DNA of 50,796 nucleotides from Nemertoderma westbladi (GCA_032718475.1 JAUCBJ010006858.1:1-50796), one strand, 5' to 3'. Shown: positions 12,421 to 24,454, counted from the stretch's first letter. The notes: a model not told the origin generated them from the letters alone. Numbers and translations are program-made.

Positions 12421-15037
12421 AACTCCGAAAACTAGTTTTCCCAAAAAATTTATTCTTATCTAAATTGTTATTATTTAAATAATTATTTCCCCATAATTTA
12501 CTTATTATTCGCGCATAATTTCATAACTAGATGTTAGTAACTATAATTTGTAAGCATCTATGATTCGGTGAAAGCCCATCGTCCTCATTTCGTGTTCGCC
12601 GTCGCCCTTCATGTCTCTGATTAGTAAATCCACCCCTTGCCCCCCCCCCCCCCCCCCCCCTATATTCCCCACTACATCTTCCTCCTGTCATCTACCGTTA
12701 TAATTACATCTAAAATTACATTAATACCGAAATATTTACATTTCATCACCTGTTATAATTTGGCCGCACTAGCTCTGTAGAGCTATGGCCTAGTCTAAAC
12801 TGTGCTATGGTTTGTGCTTACGTGAGAAATGTAAAAAAATACGGTATATGACTACCGGTAGGCCTACGTCAGTACGTAACACAGTACATGACAACATGGA
12901 AGTGGATGATATTCCCACTACACACTATGCAATAAATGTGAACTGCTGAACTGAACAGATCAGTTACCCTACGGCAGTACGGTACCGTTGAAACCTCTGA
13001 ACCTAGAGCCTGAGCTGGCAACCAGGCGGTGCTATGCACTATGGCTGTAGGCCTATATGAGTAGGCCCATGCCAGTTGGCCTATCTGAGTACAGGAGTAC
13101 TATCTGACGTGATAGTGTGGTATGGCAGCAGGCAGCATGCATTTTCTGGTCCTCTGGCAGTCTGGCTGTCTGGTCACCTACCCAGCTACACTGCACTGCA
13201 CTGCATGGTTAATAGAAAAGAGAATAAAAGAAAGAAAGGTCAGACTACTAATTGTGACCACTGACCATGTGGACAGTGGACCCTGGGCCACCAGACTGCC
13301 AGACAGCCAGAGCTGCAGAGTACTGCTACTGGACTGGCAACTGGAATAGATTTAATTATACCAGCCGCAGCCATTCACCCAGTCAGCCAGTAACTGAGTC
13401 ATGCAGTACCGACAGACCGATCTGCCGATACTGCTGTATATAGGACAGTAGGACCTACTGCACCCTGGCACCGCACCAGTCCGTTACCGGGTACCGGTAC
13501 TGCAGTACTGAGTTATGCACTTAGTACACCCTGACACCAGGCCGTTGGCATCCGTACCACTGTACAGCATCACAGTTCCTTACCAACCTACGCGACATAA
13601 ACAAATACTGAAATAGGCCAATGCAATATACATATAGGAATAATTGTTTGGCCAATCAGCCAACAATTTTGATTTTTGTTAAAATCTCAAATTAATAATT
13701 GCAGAAGTGAGAAGTGGATGATATACCCGCTTACACTAACTGACTATGGACTAATGCAGTACCGGTAATTACTAACTGTGTACCCTGTACCGGCTGACCG
13801 GTACGGTCAGACGGTACAGTACCTACCCGGCAGCTGGGTACTATCTTACAGTATTGTGTATGGTGTGTAAGTAGCCTACTATCAGAGAGTAGTTTTATGC
13901 TATTAGGAATATGACTACAAGTACCGATATAACACAATTCTGCAATCCACATAGCAGCCAGGCAGCATAGTCGTAATGAACGCACTTCATAAATTGAATT
14001 AGTGAATTCTGGAATTGGCTTAGACCTATATCTGTGCTTCCAGTACTACAACAGTACCGGTATACTGCTGTACTGAGACTGACTAACACATGTACCATGT
14101 ACATGCGGTCCAGTTGCCAATACCAAATAGGCCCTACCTGAATACCGGTAGTGCAAGTGCATTGAATGATATACTCAACTCAATGCCAATTCCGCAATAC
14201 ATGCGACCTTAATAACTGATGCACTGTTACAAATTACCGGTACCGGTACATATAAAGTAATTTTTGGTAAATATTTAAGCTACCCGTATATACCTCCTAC
14301 CTGAGCTGGGCCGATGGATGATATTCCCATCACAGTTTCATTAGACCAAGTCCATGTTCCACAAGCTCAGAAGCTAGCAAAGATTATGGCAGTAGACTAC
14401 TGCAATATGTCTGGACGTGATATTATTGGATCGCCGGTACAGTGAGTCCAGCAGTCTTCCAGTGGATGATATTCCCACTTTATTATTATTAGAATTATAG
14501 GCCTATATACTGATATTGTGCATGTTATAACTACCTGTATCAAGCTAGTTGTATATGCAGAAACGGGGAACGGTACGGGGCCTACCTCCATACAATAATA
14601 CCTGTCGAGTCGCCATACACATGTCTGCATGTATGTAGCCCTATACAGCAGTAACCTATACACTATACATTAAACACAGTCACTTGGTCTGTTGCTCTGT
14701 TGGTGTTGGTACCGATAATTGAACTTGTCCGGGCGCTGTGCCTACATATTGTACTGGACCGTTATTATATTATACATAACGCCGCACATCCCATCTGTCA
14801 ATTAGTGGATGATTATCCCACTCTCTCTCTGACTCTGCTTATAATAAGCGTTCATTGCCTATGTTATATAGGCCTAGCTATGTCGTAATTCTATAGTTAA
14901 TGTTTTTGCTTATTGGACTATATGTCAATCAGATTATTACTGTATTATGATCATATCATATGCTGGAATATATATACCAGTACCGGTACACAGTTCTATA
15001 ACTGTGCATATGCAATCACTCACCAGCAACCAGTAAC

Positions 15038-16498
15038 ATGTCTCAATCATCAAAGAAGAAGTCTACCTCTATGGCTACAAGATTAAAGTCAAAGGCACCG
15101 AAAACTGCTATAACCTCCAACAAGGTGATCCAAACGCGTTCTAAAAGTACACCACGGACAACACACCGCCCGTCTCTAATAAACATTGGTGATTCCATGC
15201 CAACCCCACCCTCCACTTCTTCCAATGCCCATATACTCGGTGGCGGCCCAACAGCTCCTTTGCCATCTACCACTACAGAATTTACTGCCAATCCACAAAT
15301 ACAGCAGAGCTTTCCTCAGTGGAACCCATACATGCCCTTTTATTATCCTCAATCCTTCCCCAACCCCAATACATTAGGTCAGGGCCAAAGTGGTCATAAC
15401 CCAATCACAAACCCTTACTGGATGGGTATGCCACCCTTTTTTCCTGGAGCCATTCCACCTGGACACCCAGTCTCTGGGCTAGCACCTCCATCTAACATGT
15501 CCGGGTTAGGTCTAACACCAGCTTCTACTCATCACACCTCACCACCAATTCATGCTGCTTCAGTTATTACTCCTCCTACACTTACGGCACCAGTCGGTGT
15601 ACCAGTACCAACAACCCTTACTCTACCTGCATGTCCTGCAGTGTCAACATCCAACATTTCGCAGGTGCCAGATACTTTCCCTGCAGCTGAGCAGTCATTG
15701 TCGACATCCTTAGCAGGTGAGTGTAGCTCTTTTGTAGAGGTAGATGCATATGTCCCTTTAGATATAAAGGAGAAGATCTGGAATCATAAATTTATAGATC
15801 TCGCATCATTGTTGAGTGACCCAGTAGCGGTAAAATCAAAACGACGATTTCCTATCTTAACATCTGCCACTGAGCACCCAAGTCAACAGCCAACATTTGT
15901 TTTCGAGGAAGATAATGGTGTTAATGAAATAACCTCATTCGAACAATGGCTACTTGCTTGGAATATCTTCTCCGCTATTTATGAAGACAAATTCCCACAA
16001 GAAAGTAGGAAGCTGAAGAAATATCCAGCAATCCTTAAAGACATCAAGGATAATGGTGGATCATGGCTACTCTATGATGAGAAGTTCCGGCGTTGTAAGC
16101 AGAACAACCCATCGAAGTACCACTGGGGAAACCCTATACAGGAGCTCGCAATGACAGCTACTGCCAGAAAAACTGGCCGTATGTCCATTCCAACCGGATA
16201 CTGCCATGCCTACCATAAGGGAGATAAATGTATATATTGTGATTATAATCACACTTGTCCTAATTGTGGTGGGACACACCGTCTTATGAAGTGTACCCAA
16301 CCAATTACTGATCTAATTACTAAACGGCCCTTTCAAAGATCCGGTCCATCGTATAGAGGACGTGCAGCTGCAGGTGCACCCTATCAAAGACGGGGAATGG
16401 ATCGGAGAATGCCCGCATTCAGGAATACGGGAAGGTACCATAATGCGCAAGGTGGTACAAACCGTCGACCAATCCTCCAAACTCCCCACACCAATTAA
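15038..16498 (+). CDS. Gag-like protein of the Ngaro/DIRS element
   Basis: P/S/T-rich N-terminus, then IKEKIWNHKFIDLASLL, FEQWLLAWNIF and WLLYDEKFR. Cys/His knuckle CHAYHKGDKCIYCDYNHTCPNCGGTH. Confidence 0.9.
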   Translation: MSQSSKKKSTSMATRLKSKAPKTAITSNKVIQTRSKSTPRTTHRPSLINIGDSMPTPPSTSSNAHILGGGPTAPLPSTTTEFTANPQIQQSFPQWNPYMPFYYPQSFPNPNTLGQGQSGHNPITNPYWMGMPPFFPGAIPPGHPVSGLAPPSNMSGLGLTPASTHHTSPPIHAASVITPPTLTAPVGVPVPTTLTLPACPAVSTSNISQVPDTFPAAEQSLSTSLAGECSSFVEVDAYVPLDIKEKIWNHKFIDLASLLSDPVAVKSKRRFPILTSATEHPSQQPTFVFEEDNGVNEITSFEQWLLAWNIFSAIYEDKFPQESRKLKKYPAILKDIKDNGGSWLLYDEKFRRCKQNNPSKYHWGNPIQELAMTATARKTGRMSIPTGYCHAYHKGDKCIYCDYNHTCPNCGGTHRLMKCTQPITDLITKRPFQRSGPSYRGRAAAGAPYQRRGMDRRMPAFRNTGRYHNAQGGTNRRPILQTPHTN

Positions 16499-18077
16499 AT
16501 GGGACGTACTAAAGAGTTATCTCTCGGGTTATAATCCTACTGATTTCTCCTATCTAGACTCTGGTTTTACTGATGGATTTCGTTTAGATTATAATGGGCC
16601 TAATGTTTCTACGTATACCAGGAATTCATTGTCTGCCATAAACAATCCCAATGTTGTCACACAAAAACTTGAAAACGAAATAAAAGCTGGTCGTATGGCT
16701 GGGCCATTCGATGACCAGCCCTTCCTAGTCTGCCATGTTAACCCATTATCAGTGAGACCAAAAAAGACTCCTTTAGAATTTCGTTTAATTCACGATCTCT
16801 CTGCCCCATATAATGACTTTTCAGTGAACAGTAATATTTCAAATGAAGACTCCACCTGCACATACTACCATGTAGAAGATGCCATTAATATAATTATCGA
16901 ATTAGGCTCAGGGTGTTATCTTGCAAAGACTGACATATGTTCAGCCTTTAGACTTATACCTATATCGCAATTAGATTATCATCTAATGTGTTCAGTATGG
17001 AACAATAAATGGTATTATGATAAATGCCTGGAAATGGGAGCTAGCTCAAGTTGCAAAATCTTTGAAAGATTCTCGAGTGCCATTCAATGGGTAGGTCGCT
17101 CTAAGCTCTCAATACCAAATTTAATACACATACTAGATGATTTTCTGATGGCGGCGAAATATAAGGATGAATGCAGAAGACAGCTCAGCATCTTTATAGA
17201 TTTCTGTAGTAAAGCGAACATCCCTCTAGCTTCTCATAAGACCGAAGGTCCATCCCAAACCATTACCTTTCTGGGTATCGAGTTAGATACAAATGAAATG
17301 GTTGCGAGGCTTCCGAAAGATAAAGTAGAGAAGGGTCTTGACCTTATTAAGAGTATGAAACACAATAAGTGGGTTACAAAACGAGATTTGCTCGCTATTG
17401 TTGGGTTTCTAAACTTTGCTTGTCAGGTTGTTATTCCCGGTAGAGCCTTTCTTAGACGTTTAATACAGCTTTCCGTGACTGCTACACGTATGCATCACCG
17501 AATCAGATTTAAGGCATGGGCTCGAGCAGATCTCATAGCTTGGGAGAACTTCCTGTTACACTATAACGGATGTACAATGTTCCTCAATCGACATTGGACT
17601 TCCAATGCTACATTGGAACTTTACACCGACGCAGCCAAAATGAAGGGATATGCTGCTATCTTCCGTAATCATTGGTTCTATGGAGAATGGCCTCCTAGGT
17701 GGAAAGAGTGTACAAATATTACTCTCCTCGAGCTCTATCCTATCGTAATGGCTATACATATCTGGGGTATTGAATTAAAGGGAAAGCGAATAATATTTAG
17801 GACAGACAATGAAGGACTTGTCTCCATTCTTAATAAAAAATCTTCCAAAGAATCCTTAATTATGGTTCTTATACGCAAACTTGTTATTCTTACAATGAAA
17901 CATAATATCCTTTTTCGTTCAAATCATGTACCAGGTGTCATGAATGTTCGTTCAGATCTTCTTTCTCGTTTGCAGGTAGAATCGTTTATGGACATCACTC
18001 CAACCGCCAACAAGTATCCCTCAGCAATTCCTCATCATATGCTACCTCAGAACTCATTCTTCGATACACACAGATGA
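16362..18077 (+). CDS. Reverse transcriptase-RNase H of the Ngaro/DIRS element
   Basis: RT motifs FRLIHDLS, KTDICSAFR, MGASSSC, HILDDFL, FLGIELD. RNase H motifs YTDAA, ITLLEL, TDN, NVRSDLLSR. Overlaps gag; the true start codon is unknown. Confidence 0.93.
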   Translation: MQLQVHPIKDGEWIGECPHSGIREGTIMRKVVQTVDQSSKLPTPIKWDVLKSYLSGYNPTDFSYLDSGFTDGFRLDYNGPNVSTYTRNSLSAINNPNVVTQKLENEIKAGRMAGPFDDQPFLVCHVNPLSVRPKKTPLEFRLIHDLSAPYNDFSVNSNISNEDSTCTYYHVEDAINIIIELGSGCYLAKTDICSAFRLIPISQLDYHLMCSVWNNKWYYDKCLEMGASSSCKIFERFSSAIQWVGRSKLSIPNLIHILDDFLMAAKYKDECRRQLSIFIDFCSKANIPLASHKTEGPSQTITFLGIELDTNEMVARLPKDKVEKGLDLIKSMKHNKWVTKRDLLAIVGFLNFACQVVIPGRAFLRRLIQLSVTATRMHHRIRFKAWARADLIAWENFLLHYNGCTMFLNRHWTSNATLELYTDAAKMKGYAAIFRNHWFYGEWPPRWKECTNITLLELYPIVMAIHIWGIELKGKRIIFRTDNEGLVSILNKKSSKESLIMVLIRKLVILTMKHNILFRSNHVPGVMNVRSDLLSRLQVESFMDITPTANKYPSAIPHHMLPQNSFFDTHR

Positions 18078-18958
18078 TCGAGCATTCATGGGAAGAAACA
18101 ACTCTTAATTCGTATACTCGAATATGGGAGAAATTACGCTGTTTTGTCGCAGATGTTCTAAACATCCCATTCGTGTTACCACTTGACCCAACTGTTTTGG
18201 GATGTTTCATTGCGTATTTAGACTCTCAGAAATTGTCAAGATCCACAATTTCTAACCACATGTCTGCGATAGCTCTCCCACATCGGTTATTGAATATTGC
18301 TGACCCAACGAAGGCGTTCTTGGTTACGAGGGCACTGATTGGATTGGGTAAAAATAACATGGTTGGAGATTCCCGTTTACCAATTACGAAAGCAATCCTA
18401 AACCGCATGTTAAACGCTGTTCAAGTTATTTATCAAGATATTTATGCACAATACGTAATTAAATGTATGTTTTTAGTAGCTTTTTATGGTTTCCTACGTG
18501 TTGGAGAATTTACTCCAACACCAGGTATACCAAGGAAATGGATTTTGAGCATTAGCGATGTTGAATGGGCCCCTAATCATGTTACGATCACAATTAGACG
18601 CTATAAATACCAAAAACCACCATATACCCCAGTACGTGTCCACATAAACAAAAACGAATCAGAACTTGCAATTTCTTCTGTTTATGAATATATTAAATTA
18701 CGCCCTTCTAATAGCAAGCACAGCCAATTTTTCATTTGGGCCTCCGGCTTGCCTATATACCGCCCCCAGTTCATTGCAATTATGAACAAAGTTTTCAATT
18801 TTCTTAACTTATCTCCGAATGTTTACAAATCACATAGCTTCCGGATAGGGGCGGCCACTGAGGCAGCACGTGAAGGTTTATCTGATGCCCAAATTAGAGC
18901 AAAAGGGCGCTGGTCTTCAAATGCATTTCTGAAATATATTCGACCAGCATCTATATAA
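18074..18958 (+). CDS. Tyrosine recombinase (integrase) of the Ngaro/DIRS element
   Basis: GFLRVGE (R), HSFRIGAAT (HxxR), GRWSS and KYIR (Y): the catalytic set is intact. Confidence 0.95.
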   Translation: MIEHSWEETTLNSYTRIWEKLRCFVADVLNIPFVLPLDPTVLGCFIAYLDSQKLSRSTISNHMSAIALPHRLLNIADPTKAFLVTRALIGLGKNNMVGDSRLPITKAILNRMLNAVQVIYQDIYAQYVIKCMFLVAFYGFLRVGEFTPTPGIPRKWILSISDVEWAPNHVTITIRRYKYQKPPYTPVRVHINKNESELAISSVYEYIKLRPSNSKHSQFFIWASGLPIYRPQFIAIMNKVFNFLNLSPNVYKSHSFRIGAATEAAREGLSDAQIRAKGRWSSNAFLKYIRPASI

Positions 18959-19356
18959 ATCAAACTTGCATTGCTCAATTTGCATATTCTATATATGATA
19001 CATATTATATCTCTGTGTTTACGATTTTATACTTGAAAAGAAGGTTCATTTATTAATGCATTATACTTTGCTCGCATTCTTTTTAATAATTGTAGTTTGC
19101 ATGAGTAAATATTTCCGTTTTAGAAATATTTGTAGACTTTATTGAACAAAGGAGCAGAACGTAATTAACAAATTATCCACTACAGTACCGGTACGTATAA
19201 ACTTAACTTATGCAAAGCCCTCGAATTTATTTCACATTGTATCATGTATCACACGAAATAGTGATACCAAAACCTGGATGCCGTTGCGCTGCCCTATTGA
19301 TTGGTATTGCTTTTGCTTGGGTGGGGTCGCCTTATTAACCGTGTTAATTCTGCGCT

Positions 19357-20026
19357 GGGTCTGTTAAACCCTCACCCTTTGCAAATATAGATAATTTACT
19401 TTAATAATTATAATTAAATGTCTCGCAAGACGAGACACTTTATCCCATTATATATTAAACTATTCGCACCACCGCGTGGGAGATTTTGCAAAGCACAGCG
19501 GCGCAAAAGCAATATCATGGGTTGCAGGAAATCATAAATGGGTATTGGGTAATATTGCAAAGCATTGAGCCCAATATATTTTATGATACCGCAAAACATG
19601 TACAATTAACAAGTTCCTATACCATCCTCTAGGATGTGCACTGGAATCTCTTTGTCTAACAAATGATTACTGGTATTCAGTCATTACGGTACCTGGATTC
19701 AGTAATCTGTTAATCAAAATAACGTATAATTTAATTTATGACTTCCAGATACATTGCGTACACATTCTAATTTTATAATAAAATATATTTTACCCACCAC
19801 CTGCCCCGTTCTCCTCCTTTTTGTATTTTCTTTTTCTGGTGTAGGGTCTGTTAAACCCTCACCCTTTGCAAATATAGATAATTTACTTTAATAATTATAA
19901 TTAAATGTCTCGCAACACGAGACACTTTATCCCATTATATATTAAACTATTCGCACCACCGCGTGGGAGATTTTGCAAAGCACAGCGGCGCAAAAGCAAT
20001 ATCATGGGTTGCAGGAAATCATAAAT
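19357..20026 (+). repeat. Split direct terminal repeats B1 and B2, 183 bp each
   Basis: 19357-19539 and 19844-20026 are identical except for one g/c difference in the loop of a tgtctcg-N5-cgagaca hairpin. Confidence 0.95.
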
Positions 20027-20198
20027 AATATTAGCTAACATACTATTCGTATATAAACGATTAAAACGATAATTGTTAACAACAACTGTATTCCAAATAC
20101 TACCGTATTGCTATGTTGCATGCATACGAAAAGACTGTACATGTCGTTATATTGATTAATTAATTGGGAAATTAAATAATTATTCAACTGTTGATTAA

Positions 20199-23100
20199 AT
20201 GTCTCAACGCTGTTGTAACTGCGCTACTCGTTCTTGTGAACCCTCTAGCCGATGTGGTTGTGCGCGAGCAGGGCGGCCCTGCCGAAATTGTCATCCACAA
20301 GCAGTTGACAACTGCAAAAACTCACACCAACCACAAACCATGGGATCGGTTCTGAACTCGTGCAATCCTCAGGTAACTACGGTCCTCGACGGAACAGCTC
20401 CCGACCTCGATGTGACTCTGGTTGGCTCCCCAGCCCCATCAATCCTCGATGATAGCGACTCTTCCTTCTCCCGGACACTTCTTCCTTCGAGTTCCCCGAA
20501 TTCTCTCACACCTGGACCAGATCAAACCCATAACCCAGCTGTCAAGGGCGCTAACCTCTCAGGTCCCTCTTCCACTCCCAACAATGTTTCATTAAATAGC
20601 TTCTCGATCTCGGGTTTGCTCGAGACTGCATTTGGGGGTCCTTTCGTTAATGGACCCGGTTGCTCCACTGACCCACTTTGGAAGCGCACCATGCCTTTCT
20701 CGCCCGCCTGCCCAGCCGTTATTATTTAGTTCCAGGAGGAAACGCCGGTTGTAAGGTAGTAAATGTCCTTACCCATGAAATCGAGAAACAAGCAGAAGGG
20801 TTTTACCCTTCTGAGTGGCCTCTTTGTTTCATCACCACAGTTTTTCAGCGTGATCCAGAAACCACTAAGAGCCCTGATATATGGAGAACTATCCTGCGGC
20901 GTGTCGAGATGTGGGAATGCAGCCAATTCGGTCCACTTATAGCGGAGGCTGTGAGGTGCAGCGCCAAGTTCCCGTCTCGTTCAGGCTCAACTCTAGTTAA
21001 CACAGCTAAACTGTACAACCGCAAGATTCCGGCCGGAATGAATCGCTCCGCTGTCCGCACTGTAACTGAACGAGATGGCGGCGGAGTGCTTGACCCTGAA
21101 TCGCAGGCCGAGGGACAACCTCCTGGTGTTTCTGTGCGAGGCGTTCTTTCGACGAAACATCCTCCCCAGATGCCCGTCTCCCAAGACTCTTTCGAGCCCT
21201 GTCACGATCTTCCGCCATTTGATGGACTTGACATAACATGGCTTGTGGTTCTGAAGGTTGCACACTCCATTTCTGGAAGTTCTGGTCCTGTTGGTGGCGA
21301 TGCCGAGTTCTGGAATGCGCTCCTTACACGCTACCATGATCACAGTACTCGTCTCCGTGAAGCTGTGGCTGGCTTATCCCGTCGTTTGGCCAACACGATT
21401 GTACCATGGGGTGAGGTCCGTGCATTGCGCGGCTGTAGGCTCATCGGTCTCGATAAACAGCCGGGAGTACGTCCAATCAGTATAGGGGAGGTACTGTACC
21501 GGATCATTGCGAACTGTATCGCCTCAGTTACTAAGTCCGATATCATTCAGCAAAGTGGAGCCGACCAGCTGTGCGCTGGAACCTAAGCTGGTATTGAAGG
21601 AGCCATGCACGCCATGTCCACCATCTTCGCTGTTGAAACCACCAAGGCGATGTTGCTGGTTGATGCCAGTAACGCTTTTAAGGCGATCAGCCGCCCTATC
21701 GCATTGTGGAACAGCCGCATCTATTGGCATAGGGCATCGAGATTCCTTTATAACGCTTACAACGGCCACACGGCACTTTACTTGCCCGGCAGCGAAACAC
21801 CACTCTGGAGCGAGGAAGGCTTTACACAGGGTGATCCCTTAGCTATGCTTGGCTATAGCTGCACAATGCTTCCAAAAATCCGGCATATCCGCAACATCCA
21901 ACCGCAGCCAGAAATACCTTCATCACCGACCACACCATCAGACACAACCAACGGCAACCCAGTTCTACCACCGGTTTATTCTCAGCAACAAGTATGGTTT
22001 GCCGACGACTCCTCCTCCGCAGGTATTCTTGAAGGTGTCTGGTCCAGGTGGTCGGAGCTGCTCGCCAAGGGTCCCAGTATCGGCTATAACCCGGAACCTT
22101 CCAAGTGTTATCTCATTGTGAAACCTGGCCATGAAGCACGCGCTGAAGCAATGTTCGGACCCAGTGGAATCCAGATAGTGCCTGGCTGTCGTTTCTTGGG
22201 TGGATTTATCGGTACTGAATCTGGCCGCAAGGAGTTCATCGCCAAGAAGGTTGAATGCTGGGTAAAGAACATAGAGAAACTGTCCGAAGTCGCCAAAGTT
22301 AACCCACAAACTGCACACACCGGTTTGTCCCGGTGTGTTCAAGCGGAGTGGGATTATCTCATCCGTGTTGTCCCAGCTACCGAGGAAGACTTGGCTCTTG
22401 GCTGCCTGTTGAGGATGAGATCTGTCTCCTACCAGTTTGCCATGGGGGGGGGGGGGGGGGGTGGGCTTGCGCGATCCTATATCAAGAATGGGGCCATCAC
22501 GATCAGCTTCCATCGACGGTACTTCTCTGGTGACGGCGGCTATACTATCCCAACAGCCACTCTACATGGCGGACCACGAGTTACATCTCCATGAAGTGCT
22601 GAAGGACCACAAGCTAGTCCAAGACGATGCCTTCAAGCTGCAGCAGACTACAGTTCTGTCAACTCTACCTCCTGGCCGCAAAAGAGCAGTTGAACGTGCC
22701 TTGTCCAATAAGATCGGGGGTTGGATAACAGCTCAACCATCCATTCTAGACCACTACCACACCGACTTGAGCCCTGATGAGTTTTGCGATGGTCTGGCTC
22801 TACGATACGGCCTAACCCCGCTGGGTCTTCCAGCTATGTGCGAAGGGTGCGGGAGTGCGTTCTCAACATCGCATGTGCTTAGCTGTAAGTCTGGCGGACT
22901 CATTATAAAGCGGCACGACGAGGTCTGCAAAGTTTTCGGAGACCTCCTGGCAGAGGTGGTAGGACCATCCAGTGTCTTTCCCGTGGTCACCTGAACAGGG
23001 AGGGTCGTGAGGTAGGGGGTGTGCGGTGCGTGCAGACCTGGTAGCTCGCGGGGTCTGGGCCAATCAGAGAGTTGCGTCGTTTGACATTGCTGTTATCAAC

Positions 23101-23563
23101 GCTGACTCCACCTCTTACACTCAGACCAACCGCTCGACAGATTCACTGCTTGAGGCGCGTTGCCACTTCAAGAAGAATCACTACCGGTCTATCTGCGAGG
23201 AACGGAGGATGGAGTTCACCCCACTGGTCAGGTCGGTACAACCGATGGTGTTTGGTCCCTCGAGACTCAGATCCTGCTCCACCATCTCGCCGAATCCCTA
23301 GTGGTAAGGTGAGACGGAATGCGAGAGTGGGGTCTCACTTGTGTGTACTGGGTGGTATTCGCTGGAGGCTTCTGTTTGCGCTCCTTCGATCCAGTTCGCT
23401 CTGCCTGCGCGGCGGTTGACGACCATTGGATTGGGGTTCGGCGACGGCGCGGGCCTACGCGGCATCAACCTTGCAGGGAGCTTTTAAACAGGGTTGAGTC
23501 GCCTTTGTTGGAATTCTCCATCCCCATCCATTCTTCTTCCAACTATAACTTAATATAAAAAAA
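20199..23563 (+). mobile_element. Degenerate CRE-clade-like non-LTR retrotransposon (RT + restriction-like endonuclease)
   Basis: Cys-rich N-terminus; GVRPISIGE, QLCAG, LVDASNAF, GFTQGDPLAM, WFADD; CCHC motif CEGC...HVLSC; RHD; RADL...FDI...KK endonuclease. Split by frameshifts and stops. A-rich 3' end near 23555. Confidence 0.85.
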
Positions 23564-24454
23564 GCCCATGTGGGGAGACTTGACGCCCGAGTGTGAGGGA
23601 GACTTGAAGCCTTCAATGCTGACGTCTACCTAGAGATACACCCATGTAGAGAACCATTACACCAGCGCACTCCAACTAGTTGATTGGCACTTACACAGAC
23701 CAAGCTATGAATGGAATGTGAATACAATGGAGTGGCCAGAGATAGATATAGAGAGAGGCCTTGATAAACCCAGCCAAACCAAGCCAACCAACTCTTCCAT
23801 CCCTCTTTGCAATGTAGTTAGTAGCCCGCCAACTGGGTGATTGACAGCTTAAACAAGATGGCACTTCGGCAGAAAGCGGCACACATCAATAGAATTACAG
23901 GAAAACAATTAATATGTATGGATTGAAAATTATATAAGATATTCATTAATAAAAAGTACCCTCCCGCGTTAAAGTTTAATGCAGTTTTAAGGAGCTATTA
24001 TTTATTCAGTTCTTGTTGGGAGAACCATGTGAACGACCACCTAAATTTGTATAAAATTTTAGATAATAATTTAACAATTTAACATTCGCATTTTTTTGAA
24101 TTTTTTTGCTCTACTAGAAAATAGACATGTGTTGAAATTGTCAGAGGCAAGAGATGTTTCAATTTTTTAATAAAATATATAGGAAAAATTTGTGTATTTT
24201 TATCACATCCTTTCATCCTTTGGAGATCTTGGTAAATAAACTTCTAACTGAAATTTTATAAGTAATAATTATTGCTGAAATGCACAAAAGACTATAGAAA
24301 TAAAGCGTCAGTTAAGTACAAAAATATTGGCGCAAGTTACATGTATTTCAAAACACATGCATACAAAATAAAAAGTTTCCGTGTTGATAGTGCAAAACAT
24401 ACTGCTACGGGGCTGAGCCATAAACAGTGTGGTTTTCTAATTAACCTCAATCGG

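Larger units (their letters stand above)
12760..20026 (+). mobile_element. Ngaro-type (DIRS order) tyrosine-recombinase retrotransposon; left boundary uncertain
   Basis: Overlapping gag, RT-RNaseH and YR ORFs, followed by a split direct repeat (B1 19357-19539, B2 19844-20026). The expected 5' A1 repeat is not visible. Confidence 0.9.

Noticed and set aside
18074-18958. Phage or bacterial integrase suggesting a prophage or contamination
   Set aside because: It is the YR of a DIRS/Ngaro retrotransposon, linked to gag, RT-RNaseH and split direct repeats.
23565-23885. Possible LTR remnant after the CRE element
   Set aside because: Only a TG-like end and a composition shift; no partner LTR, PBS, PPT or TSD.
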